From: Eubacteriales bacterium
GTDB lineage: Bacteria > Bacillota > Clostridia > Oscillospirales > CAG-272
Assembly: GCA_045638805.1 (NCBI GenBank)
Contig: JAZUBZ010000034.1
Location: 7,458 to 71,457 of the forward strand
Direction of reading: 5' to 3'
DNA: 64,000 nucleotides
Numbering within the stretch: position 1 is the first letter of the stretch; each line of letters opens with the position of its first letter. This document shows, one piece after another, positions 9,567-19,025 of the stretch. The notes under the pieces are model-generated. The model made no database searches and was not told the origin of the DNA. It was given only the letters and a program-made list of their open reading frames with translations. The position numbers and the translations under genes are program-made.

Positions 9567-10409
9567 ATGCGTAATGGTTCATACAGAGTAAAAAGCCGTG
9601 TCAGCTTCGGTGTTATAATGCTCAGAATAGTTATTGCCGCGGTGGTCTTACTTGTGGCGTCTCTTGTTCTTTTGTACGTCCTCGGTGTTCGTTATATCTC
9701 CACAACCACTGACGAGGGACTTGAAATCAAGTTTTTCGGTGTGGTAGATTCCGACGGTGCACCCAAGAGAGGTGTGCTCAGATATTCCGACGGTACCAGC
9801 GCGTCCGTAAATGCTGAAACGGGTGTGCTTGAGTATTCCTCGGGAGATATGTACACAGGCTCTCTTGATAAGATGATGAAGCACGGTAACGGAAGACTGG
9901 TCTGCAAAAACGGCGACGTTTACGAGGGTGGTTTTCAAAACGACGTTATCTCAGGATTCGGTAAGTACACCGCTTCTTCGGGCGATATTTACGAGGGATT
10001 CTTCAAAAACGGCAAATTTGACGGACAGGGCACATATACCTATGCAGACGGTACGGTTTACGAAGGTCAGTTCGTTGGTGGCAGAAGAGAGGGAAATGGT
10101 AAGATTACCTATTCTTACGGTGATACCTATGAGGGAAACTATGCCGACAATATGAAGCACGGTAACGGCACGTACACCTGGGCAAACGGTGACGTATACG
10201 AAGGTCAGTTTGCAAAGGACGTGCGTGAGGGTCAGGGAACCTATACCTGGGCAAACGGTGAAAAATACGTTGGCGACTTTGAAAACAATCTTATGAACGG
10301 CGAGGGCACCTTCACATGGCCCGGCGGCAGAGTGTACTCGGGATACTTTGAAAACGGAGTTATCGTCCGTACCGAAGAGGATACCGAGGAGAGTACCGAG
10401 GGTGCGTAA
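9567..10409 (+). CDS. MORN-repeat protein with N-terminal membrane anchor
   Basis: About eight consecutive Y.G.......G.G......G.. units (YEGGFQNDVISGFGKYTASSGDI, YEGQFVGGRREGNGKITYSYGDT, and so on) follow the TM segment IVIAAVVLLVASLVLLYVLGV. Confidence 0.8.
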   Translation: MRNGSYRVKSRVSFGVIMLRIVIAAVVLLVASLVLLYVLGVRYISTTTDEGLEIKFFGVVDSDGAPKRGVLRYSDGTSASVNAETGVLEYSSGDMYTGSLDKMMKHGNGRLVCKNGDVYEGGFQNDVISGFGKYTASSGDIYEGFFKNGKFDGQGTYTYADGTVYEGQFVGGRREGNGKITYSYGDTYEGNYADNMKHGNGTYTWANGDVYEGQFAKDVREGQGTYTWANGEKYVGDFENNLMNGEGTFTWPGGRVYSGYFENGVIVRTEEDTEESTEGA

Positions 10410-10503
10410 AGCGCAGAAAACGAAGAATGATAGAAATTTCTTTATTTAAAGGCACGGTGGTATAATAAGCTACTGTGCCTATACTTATTAGTTCGATGCT
10501 TTT

Positions 10504-10555
10504 TACAACCCCTCCGCCTCGTTCCTCGGCACCTCCCCTTACACAGGGGAGGCTT
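10504..10555. repeat. Left copy of an imperfect inverted repeat flanking the GNAT gene
   Basis: TACAACCCCTCCGCC (10504-10518) and CACCTCCCCTTACACAGGGGAGGCTT (10530-10555). The inner block is itself a hairpin, CCTCCCC/GGGGAGG. Confidence 0.85.
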
Positions 10556-10611
10556 GGGAAAAATGCGTTTTATAAGTATACGGATAGATTAAAGTTTGCG
10601 GAGGTATTTAT

Positions 10612-11139
10612 ATGATAATAATTAAAGAGCTGAACGTGGATGATATTTACTCAGAAATGCTTAATGATTTTAATCATTATCAAGTAATAAATAATAAGTG
10701 GGTTAACAATCGCGGAAAGTGGGAACTGACGCCATCATATGATTTGCGCGAATGGAATAATGAAAAAAGAATATGGATAACAGAGTATCTTAAATCACAA
10801 ATCGAACGGGGTGGTTCTCTTGTAGCGGCATTTGAAGAAGATACTTTAGTCGGCTTTGGTTGCTTAGATGGTTATATTGCGGGTAATACCTCTAAGTATG
10901 TGAACTTAACAATGCTTTTTGTAGATGATAAATTTCAAAAAAAAGGTGTTGGTAAAAAACTATTTGAAATTATTTGCACATACGCACGAAAAATGAATGC
11001 AGATAAACTTTTTATTTCTGCTATACCTTCGTTTGAAACGGTTTCATTTTATTTAAGTATGGGATGTAAGGATGCAAATGAAATAATATTTGAATATGTT
11101 GACACGGATGAAGACAGATACCTTGAATATTCATTATAA
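10612..11139 (+). CDS. GNAT-family N-acetyltransferase
   Basis: Acetyl-CoA motif FQKKGVGKKLF. 175 aa. Strong RBS GGAGG. AT-rich codon usage compared with its neighbours. Confidence 0.75.
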   Translation: MIIIKELNVDDIYSEMLNDFNHYQVINNKWVNNRGKWELTPSYDLREWNNEKRIWITEYLKSQIERGGSLVAAFEEDTLVGFGCLDGYIAGNTSKYVNLTMLFVDDKFQKKGVGKKLFEIICTYARKMNADKLFISAIPSFETVSFYLSMGCKDANEIIFEYVDTDEDRYLEYSL

Positions 11140-11220
11140 TGGTAATACAATGAAGACAACAAGAATATTAGACTATAATAAAGTTTTGCCTTTATCTGGG
11201 GTACGAAAATCTGCTGTATT

Positions 11221-11293
11221 AAGCCTCACCTGTGTAAGGGGAGGTGTCACATACTTTGCCGAAGGCAAATGTGATTGTGGCGGAAGGGTTGTA
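11221..11293. repeat. Right copy of the inverted repeat, ending 1 nt before the DUF559 start codon
   Basis: The reverse complement of 11221-11246 matches 10530-10555 at 25 of 26 positions. The reverse complement of 11279-11293 matches 10504-10518 at 14 of 15. The central spacer differs (32 vs 11 nt). Confidence 0.85.
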
Positions 11294-11294
11294 A

Positions 11295-11669
11295 ATGCAA
11301 AGAAAATATAACAAAGATATCGTTTCAACCGCAAAGATGCTTAGAAAGAACATGACAAAAGAAGAAAAGGATCTTTGGTATGACTTTTTACGTACTTACC
11401 CTGTTCGATTTTTTCGCCAAAAGGTACTTGGTAGGTATATTGCTGACTTCTACTGTGCCAAAGCAAAGCTTGTTATTGAACTAGACGGTTCGGGTCATTA
11501 TACAGAAGAAGGAAAGCAATATGATGAAGAAAGAACAGCTTTTCTTAAAGGATATGGATTGAGAGTGGTTAGAATATCAAATACGGAAATAAATAAAAAC
11601 TTTCGCGGTGTTTGTATGTATATTGATCATCTCGTAGAGCAGTCTTTTAATTCTTCAGATATAACATAA
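11295..11669 (+). CDS. DUF559 endonuclease-domain protein (Vsr / restriction-endonuclease-like fold)
   Basis: MTKEEKDLWYDFLR....FRRQ...YI.DFYC....L.IELDG..H........D.ER...L...G..V.R is the classic DUF559 pattern. Confidence 0.8.
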   Translation: MQRKYNKDIVSTAKMLRKNMTKEEKDLWYDFLRTYPVRFFRQKVLGRYIADFYCAKAKLVIELDGSGHYTEEGKQYDEERTAFLKGYGLRVVRISNTEINKNFRGVCMYIDHLVEQSFNSSDIT

Positions 11670-11946
11670 TAAATCATCTTATTCTTTAAGGTAAAACTTT
11701 ATTTTCATACTTAAAAGACATTCTTTTTTTATGTCTATAAACACTTATATAATTGTTTTTGATATAACGATAGTCTTTGTAATGAAAAAACGAAAAAAAC
11801 ACGTAAAATTTTTTGTAAATTTTATAAAAAATCGCAAAAAGATATATCAAAATCGATCAAGTTATGATATAATAGTGATGTTGTCGCGAAACGAGAGTAC
11901 GTTTTGCGCAAAAAAGTTTAATTCATTTTGAAAGGCGGATAAAAAA

Positions 11947-13506
11947 ATGACTAACAAAAAATCCGGTTTGCTCAAAAAGATAGGAGTAACTGTACTTGTT
12001 GTTCTCATAATTGCGGCTGTAGTTGGTATCAACGTATACAATTACATTACCGATACAGGTGTTTTCGCACGTAAGACAGTAGCGGTTTCTTCCGACAACT
12101 ATGAGCTTACAACAGCACAGATGTCCTATTACTTCTACTCACAGTATCAGAACACCGCTGCTATGTATCAGCAGTACGGTCTTAACCTGTCTCAGATGGG
12201 TCTTGACCAGAGCAAGTCGCTGAAGGCACAGAACTGTACTTTTTCTTCAAATCAGACATGGTTTGATTACTTCATGTCTCTTGCTGTAGATGCGGCAGAG
12301 CAGCAGCTGGCACTTTGCGAGGCTGCAAAGGAAGCAGGCCTTAAGCTCGATGACGCAGACTATGCTGATATCGATGCTGCAATGGACAACCTTAAGGAAA
12401 CCGCAAAGAAGAGCGGCTACAGCCTTAAGCAGTTCATCAAGCTCAACTACGGTACATTTGTTAATGATTCCGATATCAAGGATACAATTAAGCTTGAGAT
12501 CCTTGCAAACAAGTACCTTACCAAGATTGCTGATGAAACTGACGTAAGTGATGAGGCTATCGAAAAGCAGTACAACGATTTCAAAAATAACTATGACACA
12601 GTAGGTACTCTCAAGTACACCTTCAACTATGAGGATATCATAGCTGCAGACGAAGAACAGGCAAAGGGCGACAGCAAGGAGACATCCTCCGATAAAAAGG
12701 AAGAGCCTTCCGATGAAGTAAAGGCTGCAGCTCAGGCTGAGGCTAAGACATACGCTGACAGACTTCTCGCTGAGGGCAAGGATGTTGAGACATTCAAGAA
12801 AGTCCTCAAGGATTACTTCATGGTAGCTCTCCACATGACAGAGGAAGAGGCTAAGAAGGAGCTTGATAAGGAAGAGTTCGTTTCCGAGAAGACAACCTAT
12901 AACTCTGCTGACGAAGGCACAATGTGGGCATTCGGAGCAAAGGTTGACGAGATCAAGATGTTTGAGCTTACAGCAGACCACGATCACAAGGAAGACGACG
13001 ACCACTCCAAGCTTCCCAAGGCATACAAGGTTATGCTCGTTACAAGCGAGAGAAGCCGCGATGAGTCCATCTCCTACAGAGACGTAAGACACATCCTCTT
13101 CACCAAGGAAACATATAAGAACGACGCTAAGGCTAAGGAAGTTTACGACAAGTGGGTTGCTGACGGCGCAAAGCTTGAAGACTTTGAAAAGCTGGCTAAG
13201 GAATACTCCGAGGATCCCGGTTCTGCAGAAAAGGGCGGTCTTTATGAGGGCGTTACCGAAGGTCAGATGGTTGAAGAATTCGACAAGTGGCTCTTTGACG
13301 ACGCTCGCAAGGAAGGCGACCATGCTGTAGTTGAATCCAAGGATTACGGCTGGCACATTATGTACTATGCAGGCGGTATCGAAGGCTATAAGGGTCAGAT
13401 CAAGTCTGAGCTTAAGAACGATGCTACATCTAAGGCTACAGAAGATGCAGTTGAAGACTACGCTGTTAAGGTAAACAGTGAGGCTCTTGACGAGATCCCC
13501 GCGTAA
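11947..13506 (+). CDS. Membrane-anchored peptidyl-prolyl isomerase, parvulin (PpiC/PrsA-like) type
   Basis: N-terminal TM segment (IGVTVLVVLIIAAVVGI). C-terminal parvulin domain RHILF....A..V........DF..LAKEYSEDPGSAEKGGLY......MV.EF...F......VES..GWHIMY. Confidence 0.8.
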   Translation: MTNKKSGLLKKIGVTVLVVLIIAAVVGINVYNYITDTGVFARKTVAVSSDNYELTTAQMSYYFYSQYQNTAAMYQQYGLNLSQMGLDQSKSLKAQNCTFSSNQTWFDYFMSLAVDAAEQQLALCEAAKEAGLKLDDADYADIDAAMDNLKETAKKSGYSLKQFIKLNYGTFVNDSDIKDTIKLEILANKYLTKIADETDVSDEAIEKQYNDFKNNYDTVGTLKYTFNYEDIIAADEEQAKGDSKETSSDKKEEPSDEVKAAAQAEAKTYADRLLAEGKDVETFKKVLKDYFMVALHMTEEEAKKELDKEEFVSEKTTYNSADEGTMWAFGAKVDEIKMFELTADHDHKEDDDHSKLPKAYKVMLVTSERSRDESISYRDVRHILFTKETYKNDAKAKEVYDKWVADGAKLEDFEKLAKEYSEDPGSAEKGGLYEGVTEGQMVEEFDKWLFDDARKEGDHAVVESKDYGWHIMYYAGGIEGYKGQIKSELKNDATSKATEDAVEDYAVKVNSEALDEIPA

Positions 13507-13510
13507 GTTA

Positions 13511-13617
13511 AGTTATATTAAGGCGCATCTCGCTTTGAGATGCGCCTTAGTTATATCCGCCTGACGGCGGGTTATATTGCTTCGCAGTTATACGATGTTT
13601 CGCATCGTTATATTGTA
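13511..13617. repeat. Array of four short hairpins, each preceded by GTTATA(T)
   Basis: AGTTATATT-[AAGGCGCATCTC/GAGATGCGCCTT], AGTTATAT-[CCGCC/GGCGG], GTTATAT-[TGC/GCA], GTTATA-[CGATG/CATCG], then TTATATTG. The first hairpin doubles as the PPIase terminator. Confidence 0.7.
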
Positions 13618-13631
13618 AGCTTTGTAACTAT

Positions 13632-13686
13632 AAAAAATCCGTTCATTCATGCACCTACGCATATGAATGAACGGATTTTTGTTTTT
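13632..13686. terminator. Bidirectional terminator between the PPIase gene and the radical SAM gene
   Basis: 17-bp stem AAAATCCGTTCATTCAT / ATGAATGAACGGATTTT, with A-run and T-run flanks on both sides. Confidence 0.8.
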
Positions 13687-14646
13687 TTACTTATACCTCT
13701 TCCCCTGCCATGAATCGCGGGTGAAAAGCTCGCGGTCGATCATGTTTGTAACTTCCGTCTTACGCCGACTCCAAAGGGGAGCGAGTAAAACGTCTGCCAT
13801 ACTGTCTCCCGTGATACGGCCTATCACCGTTTCGGGAGGAAGCAGTTCAAGTTGATCACATACTATCCGCACGTAATTGTCCCTTTCCATAGGTATGTAC
13901 TCGCCTCTAAGATACATATCCCCAAGGGCAGTCCCCTTTAATACATTGAGAAGGTGTATCTTCACCTGATCCGGCTTTAGCTCTGCTACCTTTTGAGCTG
14001 TGGTTATCATATCGTCTTCACTTTCACCGGGGAGTCCGTTGATAATATGAACTCCGATACTGATATTCCCGCCCGCCGCGCGGAGTTTCCCATAGCCTTC
14101 AAGGAAAACTTCAAAGCTATGCCCGCGGTTTATAAAATCTGCCGTTTTGTCCGATGCGCTTTGCAGTCCAAGCTCTACTGTTACGGGAAGCTTTTCGGAA
14201 ATCCGAACGATCTCTGCTATCGCACTGTCAGGAAGGCAGTCTGCGCGGGTAGCGATACCCAGCATTACGGAATCGGGCAGGGAAGCGGCTTCCTCATATA
14301 TTCTGCGAAGTTCCTCTGCAGGCGCATAAGTGTTGGTATTAGCCTGAAGATAGGGGATATACCTGACATTTGACCATTTGCGTCGTGCAGTCTCCACAGC
14401 CGCATCGTATTGCTCACGGAGGGTGTTTCCGCATGAGGAGGAGCTTCCGGAAAGACAGAAGATACATCCGCCATGGGAAGCGGAGCCATCCTTGTTGGGA
14501 CAGGTGAATCCCGCATCAAGCGGTACTCTTGCGCACTTGACTCCGAAGGTGTGACGGGTATAATAATCGAAGGTGTAATATCTTTTGTTAGTGTCCGAAT
14601 ACTTGTACGGGTTCGTTTCTCTTTGAGTTTTCTTTTTCACCCACAC
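13687..14646 (-). CDS. Radical SAM protein, TIGR01212 (YhcC-like) family
   Basis: N-terminus ...YYTFDYYTRHTFGVKCARVPLDAGFTCPNKDG....GGCIFC matches the TIGR01212 signature. GTG start with RBS AAAGGGGG. Confidence 0.8.
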   Translation of the reverse strand: MWVKKKTQRETNPYKYSDTNKRYYTFDYYTRHTFGVKCARVPLDAGFTCPNKDGSASHGGCIFCLSGSSSSCGNTLREQYDAAVETARRKWSNVRYIPYLQANTNTYAPAEELRRIYEEAASLPDSVMLGIATRADCLPDSAIAEIVRISEKLPVTVELGLQSASDKTADFINRGHSFEVFLEGYGKLRAAGGNISIGVHIINGLPGESEDDMITTAQKVAELKPDQVKIHLLNVLKGTALGDMYLRGEYIPMERDNYVRIVCDQLELLPPETVIGRITGDSMADVLLAPLWSRRKTEVTNMIDRELFTRDSWQGKRYK

Positions 14647-14663
14647 TTACCCCCTTTCGATGT

Positions 14664-15125
14664 TTAAAGATCAGTCTCTTCTATATGCTTTAAAAGTCCC
14701 TTACATCCTGCAATAACGTCGTCATACGTTTGCTCAAAATCTCCCGTATACCACGGGTCAGCCACGTCTCTTCTTGAGTCGGCAAACTCAAGAAGCTTGT
14801 ATATTTTTCGTTCAGAGTCATCACCTACGATACGCATGGTGTTACGCACGTTCGCGCTGTCCATGCATATTAAATAATCGTATTTCTCATAATCGGATCT
14901 TTCTAAATGAACCGCCCGTTTCTCACGGTACGGTATGCCAAGTCTGTCTAATATCTTAGCAGTTCCCGGATGTATTGGGTTACCGATCTCCTCGTAACTT
15001 GTAGCGGCAGACTCTACGTGGAATTTACCGCTTAATCCGGATTTCTTCACTATATCTTTAAATATAAATTCAGCCATCGGACTTCGGCATATGTTGCCGT
15101 GGCATATAAACATAATTTTTACCAT
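14664..15125 (-). CDS. Low-molecular-weight protein-tyrosine phosphatase
   Basis: Active-site loop CHGNICRS (C-X5-R-S) at residues 8-15 and the DPWY motif near the C-terminus. Confidence 0.85.
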   Translation of the reverse strand: MVKIMFICHGNICRSPMAEFIFKDIVKKSGLSGKFHVESAATSYEEIGNPIHPGTAKILDRLGIPYREKRAVHLERSDYEKYDYLICMDSANVRNTMRIVGDDSERKIYKLLEFADSRRDVADPWYTGDFEQTYDDVIAGCKGLLKHIEETDL

Positions 15126-15197
15126 AATAAGACACCGTTAAAATATGTTATTCATCTATAAAAGTATGGGCGACCAATGGTCGTCCGTACTTATTAC

Positions 15198-16436
15198 CTA
15201 TAATAAATTTTCGGGTAAGCTTTCAAGAGCTGTCATAAGATCGTCTTTTGTGTTTGAGAATCTTTCACATATGACTCCGTCAAGAAGCCACGCAAGTGCT
15301 TTTCCCACCGCCTGTCCCTTAACGCCCGTTTTTTTCATAACGTCTGCGCCGCCTATGGCGAGTCCGGAGACCTTCACACAAGGATCTGTAGAGGCAATTT
15401 CTTCATATGCACGTATAAATTCCGCACATTCCTCGCTGTTCCCCGTGAATACCGTACGTACTGCGGCATAGCTTCTTATATCCTCTGCAGTCAGCTTACC
15501 CATCAGATATTTAATATCTTTTTTCTCCTCGGGAAGCTTTTGACCCATAAGAGAAGCAAAAAGGGAAGCACGCTTAATGTCAGCGGCAGATGTCTTCAGC
15601 TTTTTACATACTGCGGCGGCGTGCAGGGAGGGATCTATACCTTCCGCGTCAGCGGAAAGTCTGCAGATATACGAAAGTCTCAACACAGGATCAGATTCAA
15701 GATAGGATATAACAGCAGACGCTTTTTCAATTGCTGACGGAGAGACTCCCTCAACACAAACGGAAAGTACGTCTGCATATTTGCCCATGATCTCGGAAGC
15801 ATGTCCTCCGCAGAGGAGCTTTCTGAGCTCGGTGTATATCCTCTCCTTAGAAATACCGCAGAGAAGCTCTTTCATATCATGGATAGCGTTTGCCGTTGCT
15901 TCGTCTATGGCAAACTCAAGCACAGATGCAAATCGAAGTGCACGGAGGATCCTGAGTCCGTCCTCGCTGAATCTCTCTGTCGGAGAACCTACGCAGACTA
16001 TCATTTTTCTGCTAAGGTCGTCCATGCCGCTGAAGGGGTCGCAAAGACCTAACTTTCGGCTGTACGCCATGGCGTTTACCGTAAAATCACGGCGGGACAA
16101 GTCCAGCGTCACGTCATCGGTGAAGCTTACGGAGGTTGGATGACGATTGTCTGCATATTCACCGTCTATTCTGTAGGTAGTCACCTCGATGCACTCGCCG
16201 CTTGACACGACGGTAAGTGTACCGTGCTTCAGCCCCGTCTCTATCACTCGGTAAGCCTTGAAGACTTCCTGCATCTCGTGAGGCTTGGCATTTGTGGTGA
16301 CGTCATAGTCGTTGGGTTCTTTTCCTCTTGCGCGGTCGCGTACGCATCCGCCTACAAGATATGCTTCATATCCCGCGCTTTCAAGCTCGTCAAGTACGGG
16401 GATTATATATTCGGGTATGTTTTTGAACATTTTCAT
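15198..16436 (-). CDS. cca: CCA tRNA nucleotidyltransferase (PolyA polymerase/CCA-adding family)
   Basis: LVGGCVRD....K..DYDVTT head-domain motif, and RDFT.NA. Both tRNA genes in the window lack an encoded CCA. Confidence 0.85.
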   Translation of the reverse strand: MKMFKNIPEYIIPVLDELESAGYEAYLVGGCVRDRARGKEPNDYDVTTNAKPHEMQEVFKAYRVIETGLKHGTLTVVSSGECIEVTTYRIDGEYADNRHPTSVSFTDDVTLDLSRRDFTVNAMAYSRKLGLCDPFSGMDDLSRKMIVCVGSPTERFSEDGLRILRALRFASVLEFAIDEATANAIHDMKELLCGISKERIYTELRKLLCGGHASEIMGKYADVLSVCVEGVSPSAIEKASAVISYLESDPVLRLSYICRLSADAEGIDPSLHAAAVCKKLKTSAADIKRASLFASLMGQKLPEEKKDIKYLMGKLTAEDIRSYAAVRTVFTGNSEECAEFIRAYEEIASTDPCVKVSGLAIGGADVMKKTGVKGQAVGKALAWLLDGVICERFSNTKDDLMTALESLPENLL

Positions 16437-16448
16437 TTGGAAGTGAGA

Positions 16449-16916
16449 TCAAGCTTTATGCTTTTCTCTTTTCGTCTTTATTTCATCAAGAATCATGTAA
16501 AGTATGAGAAGACCGCAACCGATGCAGACAGCGCTGTCTGCCACGTTGAAAACGTAGAAATCGATAAGGGTCACGTCTATCATGTCGACTACGAAGCCGC
16601 GGAAGATGCGGTCGATCATATTTCCGATACCACCGCCCGCAATAAGAGCAAGTGAAATGCAAAGTAACTTATCCTTCGGCTTCTTTATGAACAGATAGGC
16701 TACAAGCGCGACAATTGCTACCGTTGAGATAACGATAAATACCCATCTATGGTCGGCAAGCATGCCGAATGCGGCACCTCTGTTTTCAACGTAGGTGAGA
16801 TGAAGCACCTCGGGAATCAGTCTGAGCGGAGCATCGGTCAGATATCTGAGCGTTAAAAGCTTTGTAGCCTGATCGGCTAAAACGGTCAGGAACATAACTG
16901 TCAAACAAAGAATCAA
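16449..16916 (-). CDS. lspA: Lipoprotein signal peptidase II
   Basis: DQ.TK, N.GAAFG and F.VADS-type motifs in a 155-aa polytopic membrane protein. TTG start 8 nt after GGGAGG. Confidence 0.85.
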   Translation of the reverse strand: MILCLTVMFLTVLADQATKLLTLRYLTDAPLRLIPEVLHLTYVENRGAAFGMLADHRWVFIVISTVAIVALVAYLFIKKPKDKLLCISLALIAGGGIGNMIDRIFRGFVVDMIDVTLIDFYVFNVADSAVCIGCGLLILYMILDEIKTKREKHKA

Positions 16917-16931
16917 ATCATCTTCCTCCCA

Positions 16932-17852
16932 TCAGTTGTCATCCGAGGGTATCGTTTTTATAAAATCCTCAAATTTCGGCCGGCTGTTACGGGATGTTAT
17001 CTGTGCCGCCAAGGTCATGGGGTCAAAGCTTTCTCCGTCGGCATGATCACCGTCGGTATAAAAATCAAGGTCAGCTGCGATCTGCGCGGGTGTTCTGGTA
17101 TCAACAGGACTTTCGTTATCTGCATTATCATCTTCGGAGGGAGGGACTTCCTGCTTATCTGCAGTTTCGTTTTCCTCTTCAGTTGACTTGTCTGCAGGCC
17201 CCTCTGTCGGTATATCATCTGTGAATACGTTACCTCCCAAGTCGGGGATCACAAAGGAATTGTTATTTTCATCGTCGCTGCCATCGAATATGGAAAGAAC
17301 GTTATCTGTCTCTACATCATACTCACACTGATCACATTGAACATCGCTGTAACCGTTGGTGCCATCGTCTGTTATTACGTAAAATCCTTCATTACTGTTT
17401 TCACAGGTGGGAGATAAGTTGCCGGATTTATCATCATCTGTGATACAACCAATCTCCTCCACGTATTCTTCAAGAGTATCCTCCCATGAATTGTCTGCGG
17501 TTAAAGGCTCATCACCGTTTGCGCAGATCTCGTTAAGGTTTTCCTTGAGAGACTCAACAAAATATGAAAAACGATTCTTTTCAGCATTCAGGATATCGAA
17601 TATTTTGATAAGCTTACTCTTGTCGAGAGCTACGTCTGTCACAATGCTTTTTTCAAGCTCGTCAATTTTTTCCTCGGCTTCTCTGAGACGAACACCCTCG
17701 GCAAGAAGGCGGTGCTTCAGCTCTGCGTTTTCTCTGCAAACGGAATTGTATCTTTCGGAAACGTGCTCAACGTATTTATCTACCTCGCCCGTGTTATAGC
17801 CCATGACGCTTTTTGTAAAAGCAGGCTTGATAAGGCTGTTTTGTACACTCAT
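16932..17852 (-). CDS. DivIVA-domain protein with long acidic C-terminal tail
   Basis: N-terminus F.K..MGYN..EVD.Y.....ENAELK is the DivIVA domain. It sits in the ylmH-divIVA position of the cluster. Confidence 0.8.
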   Translation of the reverse strand: MSVQNSLIKPAFTKSVMGYNTGEVDKYVEHVSERYNSVCRENAELKHRLLAEGVRLREAEEKIDELEKSIVTDVALDKSKLIKIFDILNAEKNRFSYFVESLKENLNEICANGDEPLTADNSWEDTLEEYVEEIGCITDDDKSGNLSPTCENSNEGFYVITDDGTNGYSDVQCDQCEYDVETDNVLSIFDGSDDENNNSFVIPDLGGNVFTDDIPTEGPADKSTEEENETADKQEVPPSEDDNADNESPVDTRTPAQIAADLDFYTDGDHADGESFDPMTLAAQITSRNSRPKFEDFIKTIPSDDN

Positions 17853-17905
17853 AATTATTTCCTTTCCTGCGTTTTGTGACGCAACAGATCAGAGTAATGT
17901 TAAAC

Positions 17906-18760
17906 TCATATATACTTACGGACAGATATTTTCGCGCGTCCGCTTCGCGTTTCGCCTGTGAAGGCGTCGATTATATATTTTCCGTACCCTCGTACGGATA
18001 TCTTATCACCCGGTGAAAGTCTTTGGTCAGCCTCAGTAACGGTGACATAATTTATCTCAACAAGACCCGTGAGACAATATTCCTTAGCATCAGCTCTTGA
18101 AAGGTTAGCAATAGATGCAACGATAGAGTCGACTCTGTCGGATGCGGCTACAAGGGTCATTTGTTTGAATTCATGGGGTACCCTGAAACCGTCGGGTACT
18201 TTAAACGGTATGACGTTTACACTGTCTCGACCGATTTTGGTAAGACTTTCGCAAATAAATGGAGCTATAGTGTCGGAAGCAAATACAACAGCGGAAGATC
18301 TACCCGTTACGGCAATGTCTCCTATTACCTCGCGCTCAACGCCGAGGGAGAGTATGCTTCCCATATAATGTCTGTGAGAAAGCTCTGTGAAGCCGCTTCC
18401 GCTGACAGACAGTGGAACGATACCGAAGATTTCGTCGGTGGCGTAAGTGGATACGATCTCACAAAATTGTTTTTCTCTCTCCTCAGAGAAAATTTCTCCG
18501 GGGAATGATATAGCGGTGGCGTCAACGAATGACGGCACCATTACGCACACTCTTCTGTCTGCCTGCAGGGCACCGCCGAAGAAAAAACAGCGGGGAAGAA
18601 GTGTCGGGTATTCTTCGCGTACGGCGGTATAGTAGATTATCTGCTCGGCGGGAGTTAGGAATCTGCTGAAAACGAAATCGTATTCGCGTTTCATAGCGGT
18701 GTTGCAAAGATCTCCCGCTTTGGCATATGTTATGTTATTATTTTTATTTTTAAACGGCAT
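17906..18760 (-). CDS. YlmH-like RNA-binding protein (S4-domain family)
   Basis: Position directly after yggT in the conserved sepF-yggT-ylmH-divIVA block. The C-terminal S4-like segment RVDSIVASIANLSRADAKEYCLTGLVEINY supports the call. Confidence 0.7.
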   Translation of the reverse strand: MPFKNKNNNITYAKAGDLCNTAMKREYDFVFSRFLTPAEQIIYYTAVREEYPTLLPRCFFFGGALQADRRVCVMVPSFVDATAISFPGEIFSEEREKQFCEIVSTYATDEIFGIVPLSVSGSGFTELSHRHYMGSILSLGVEREVIGDIAVTGRSSAVVFASDTIAPFICESLTKIGRDSVNVIPFKVPDGFRVPHEFKQMTLVAASDRVDSIVASIANLSRADAKEYCLTGLVEINYVTVTEADQRLSPGDKISVRGYGKYIIDAFTGETRSGRAKISVRKYI

Positions 18761-18761
18761 A

Positions 18762-19025
18762 TTAAAGGAACATTGTAAGGATAGTCAATATAAGATAGCT
18801 TACGAAAAAGGGAATATCCAGCGGAATACCTACGGCAATGTTCAGTTTGTCGAATATAATTCTGACAGGCAGTATAAAAGGCTCGGTAATTAGTGCAAGA
18901 AAAGAGTGTACTGCCCCCTCTTCGATCGGGAAAAAGCTGAGTATAGCACGTATGAACATAGCCAGAGTTACTGCTGACAGAATAAGCCGTATGGTCAGCA
19001 CAGTTAGGGTGAAAAATATTTCCAT
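18762..19025 (-). CDS. YggT-family membrane protein
   Basis: MEIFFTLTVLTIRLILSAVTLAMFIRAILSFFP...EPFILPVR is the YggT pattern. The longer listed ORF (to 19118) has a non-membrane, Arg/Cys-rich N-terminus and is unlikely. Confidence 0.75.
   Translation of the reverse strand: MEIFFTLTVLTIRLILSAVTLAMFIRAILSFFPIEEGAVHSFLALITEPFILPVRIIFDKLNIAVGIPLDIPFFVSYLILTILTMFL

Noticed and set aside
9900-10360. Tandem repetition at the DNA level inside the MORN gene
   Set aside because: It is explained by the ~23-aa MORN protein repeats. It is not an independent DNA repeat element.
11090-11311. 73-aa ORF spanning the right inverted-repeat copy upstream of DUF559
   Set aside because: It starts inside the GNAT gene in another frame, has no RBS, and its sequence is dictated by the repeat.
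12247-13356. 369-aa ORF on the minus strand, antisense to the PPIase gene
   Set aside because: It is the mirror frame of a strongly supported gene, has a Leu/Cys/Val-rich low-complexity composition, no RBS and no recognisable motif. Long antisense ORFs are expected opposite GAN/AAG-rich coding sequence.
13511-13617. Possible CRISPR array (regularly spaced GTTATAT repeats)
   Set aside because: The repeat unit is only 6-9 nt, the spacers are 9-29 nt and are themselves palindromes, and no cas genes are present. It is not a CRISPR.
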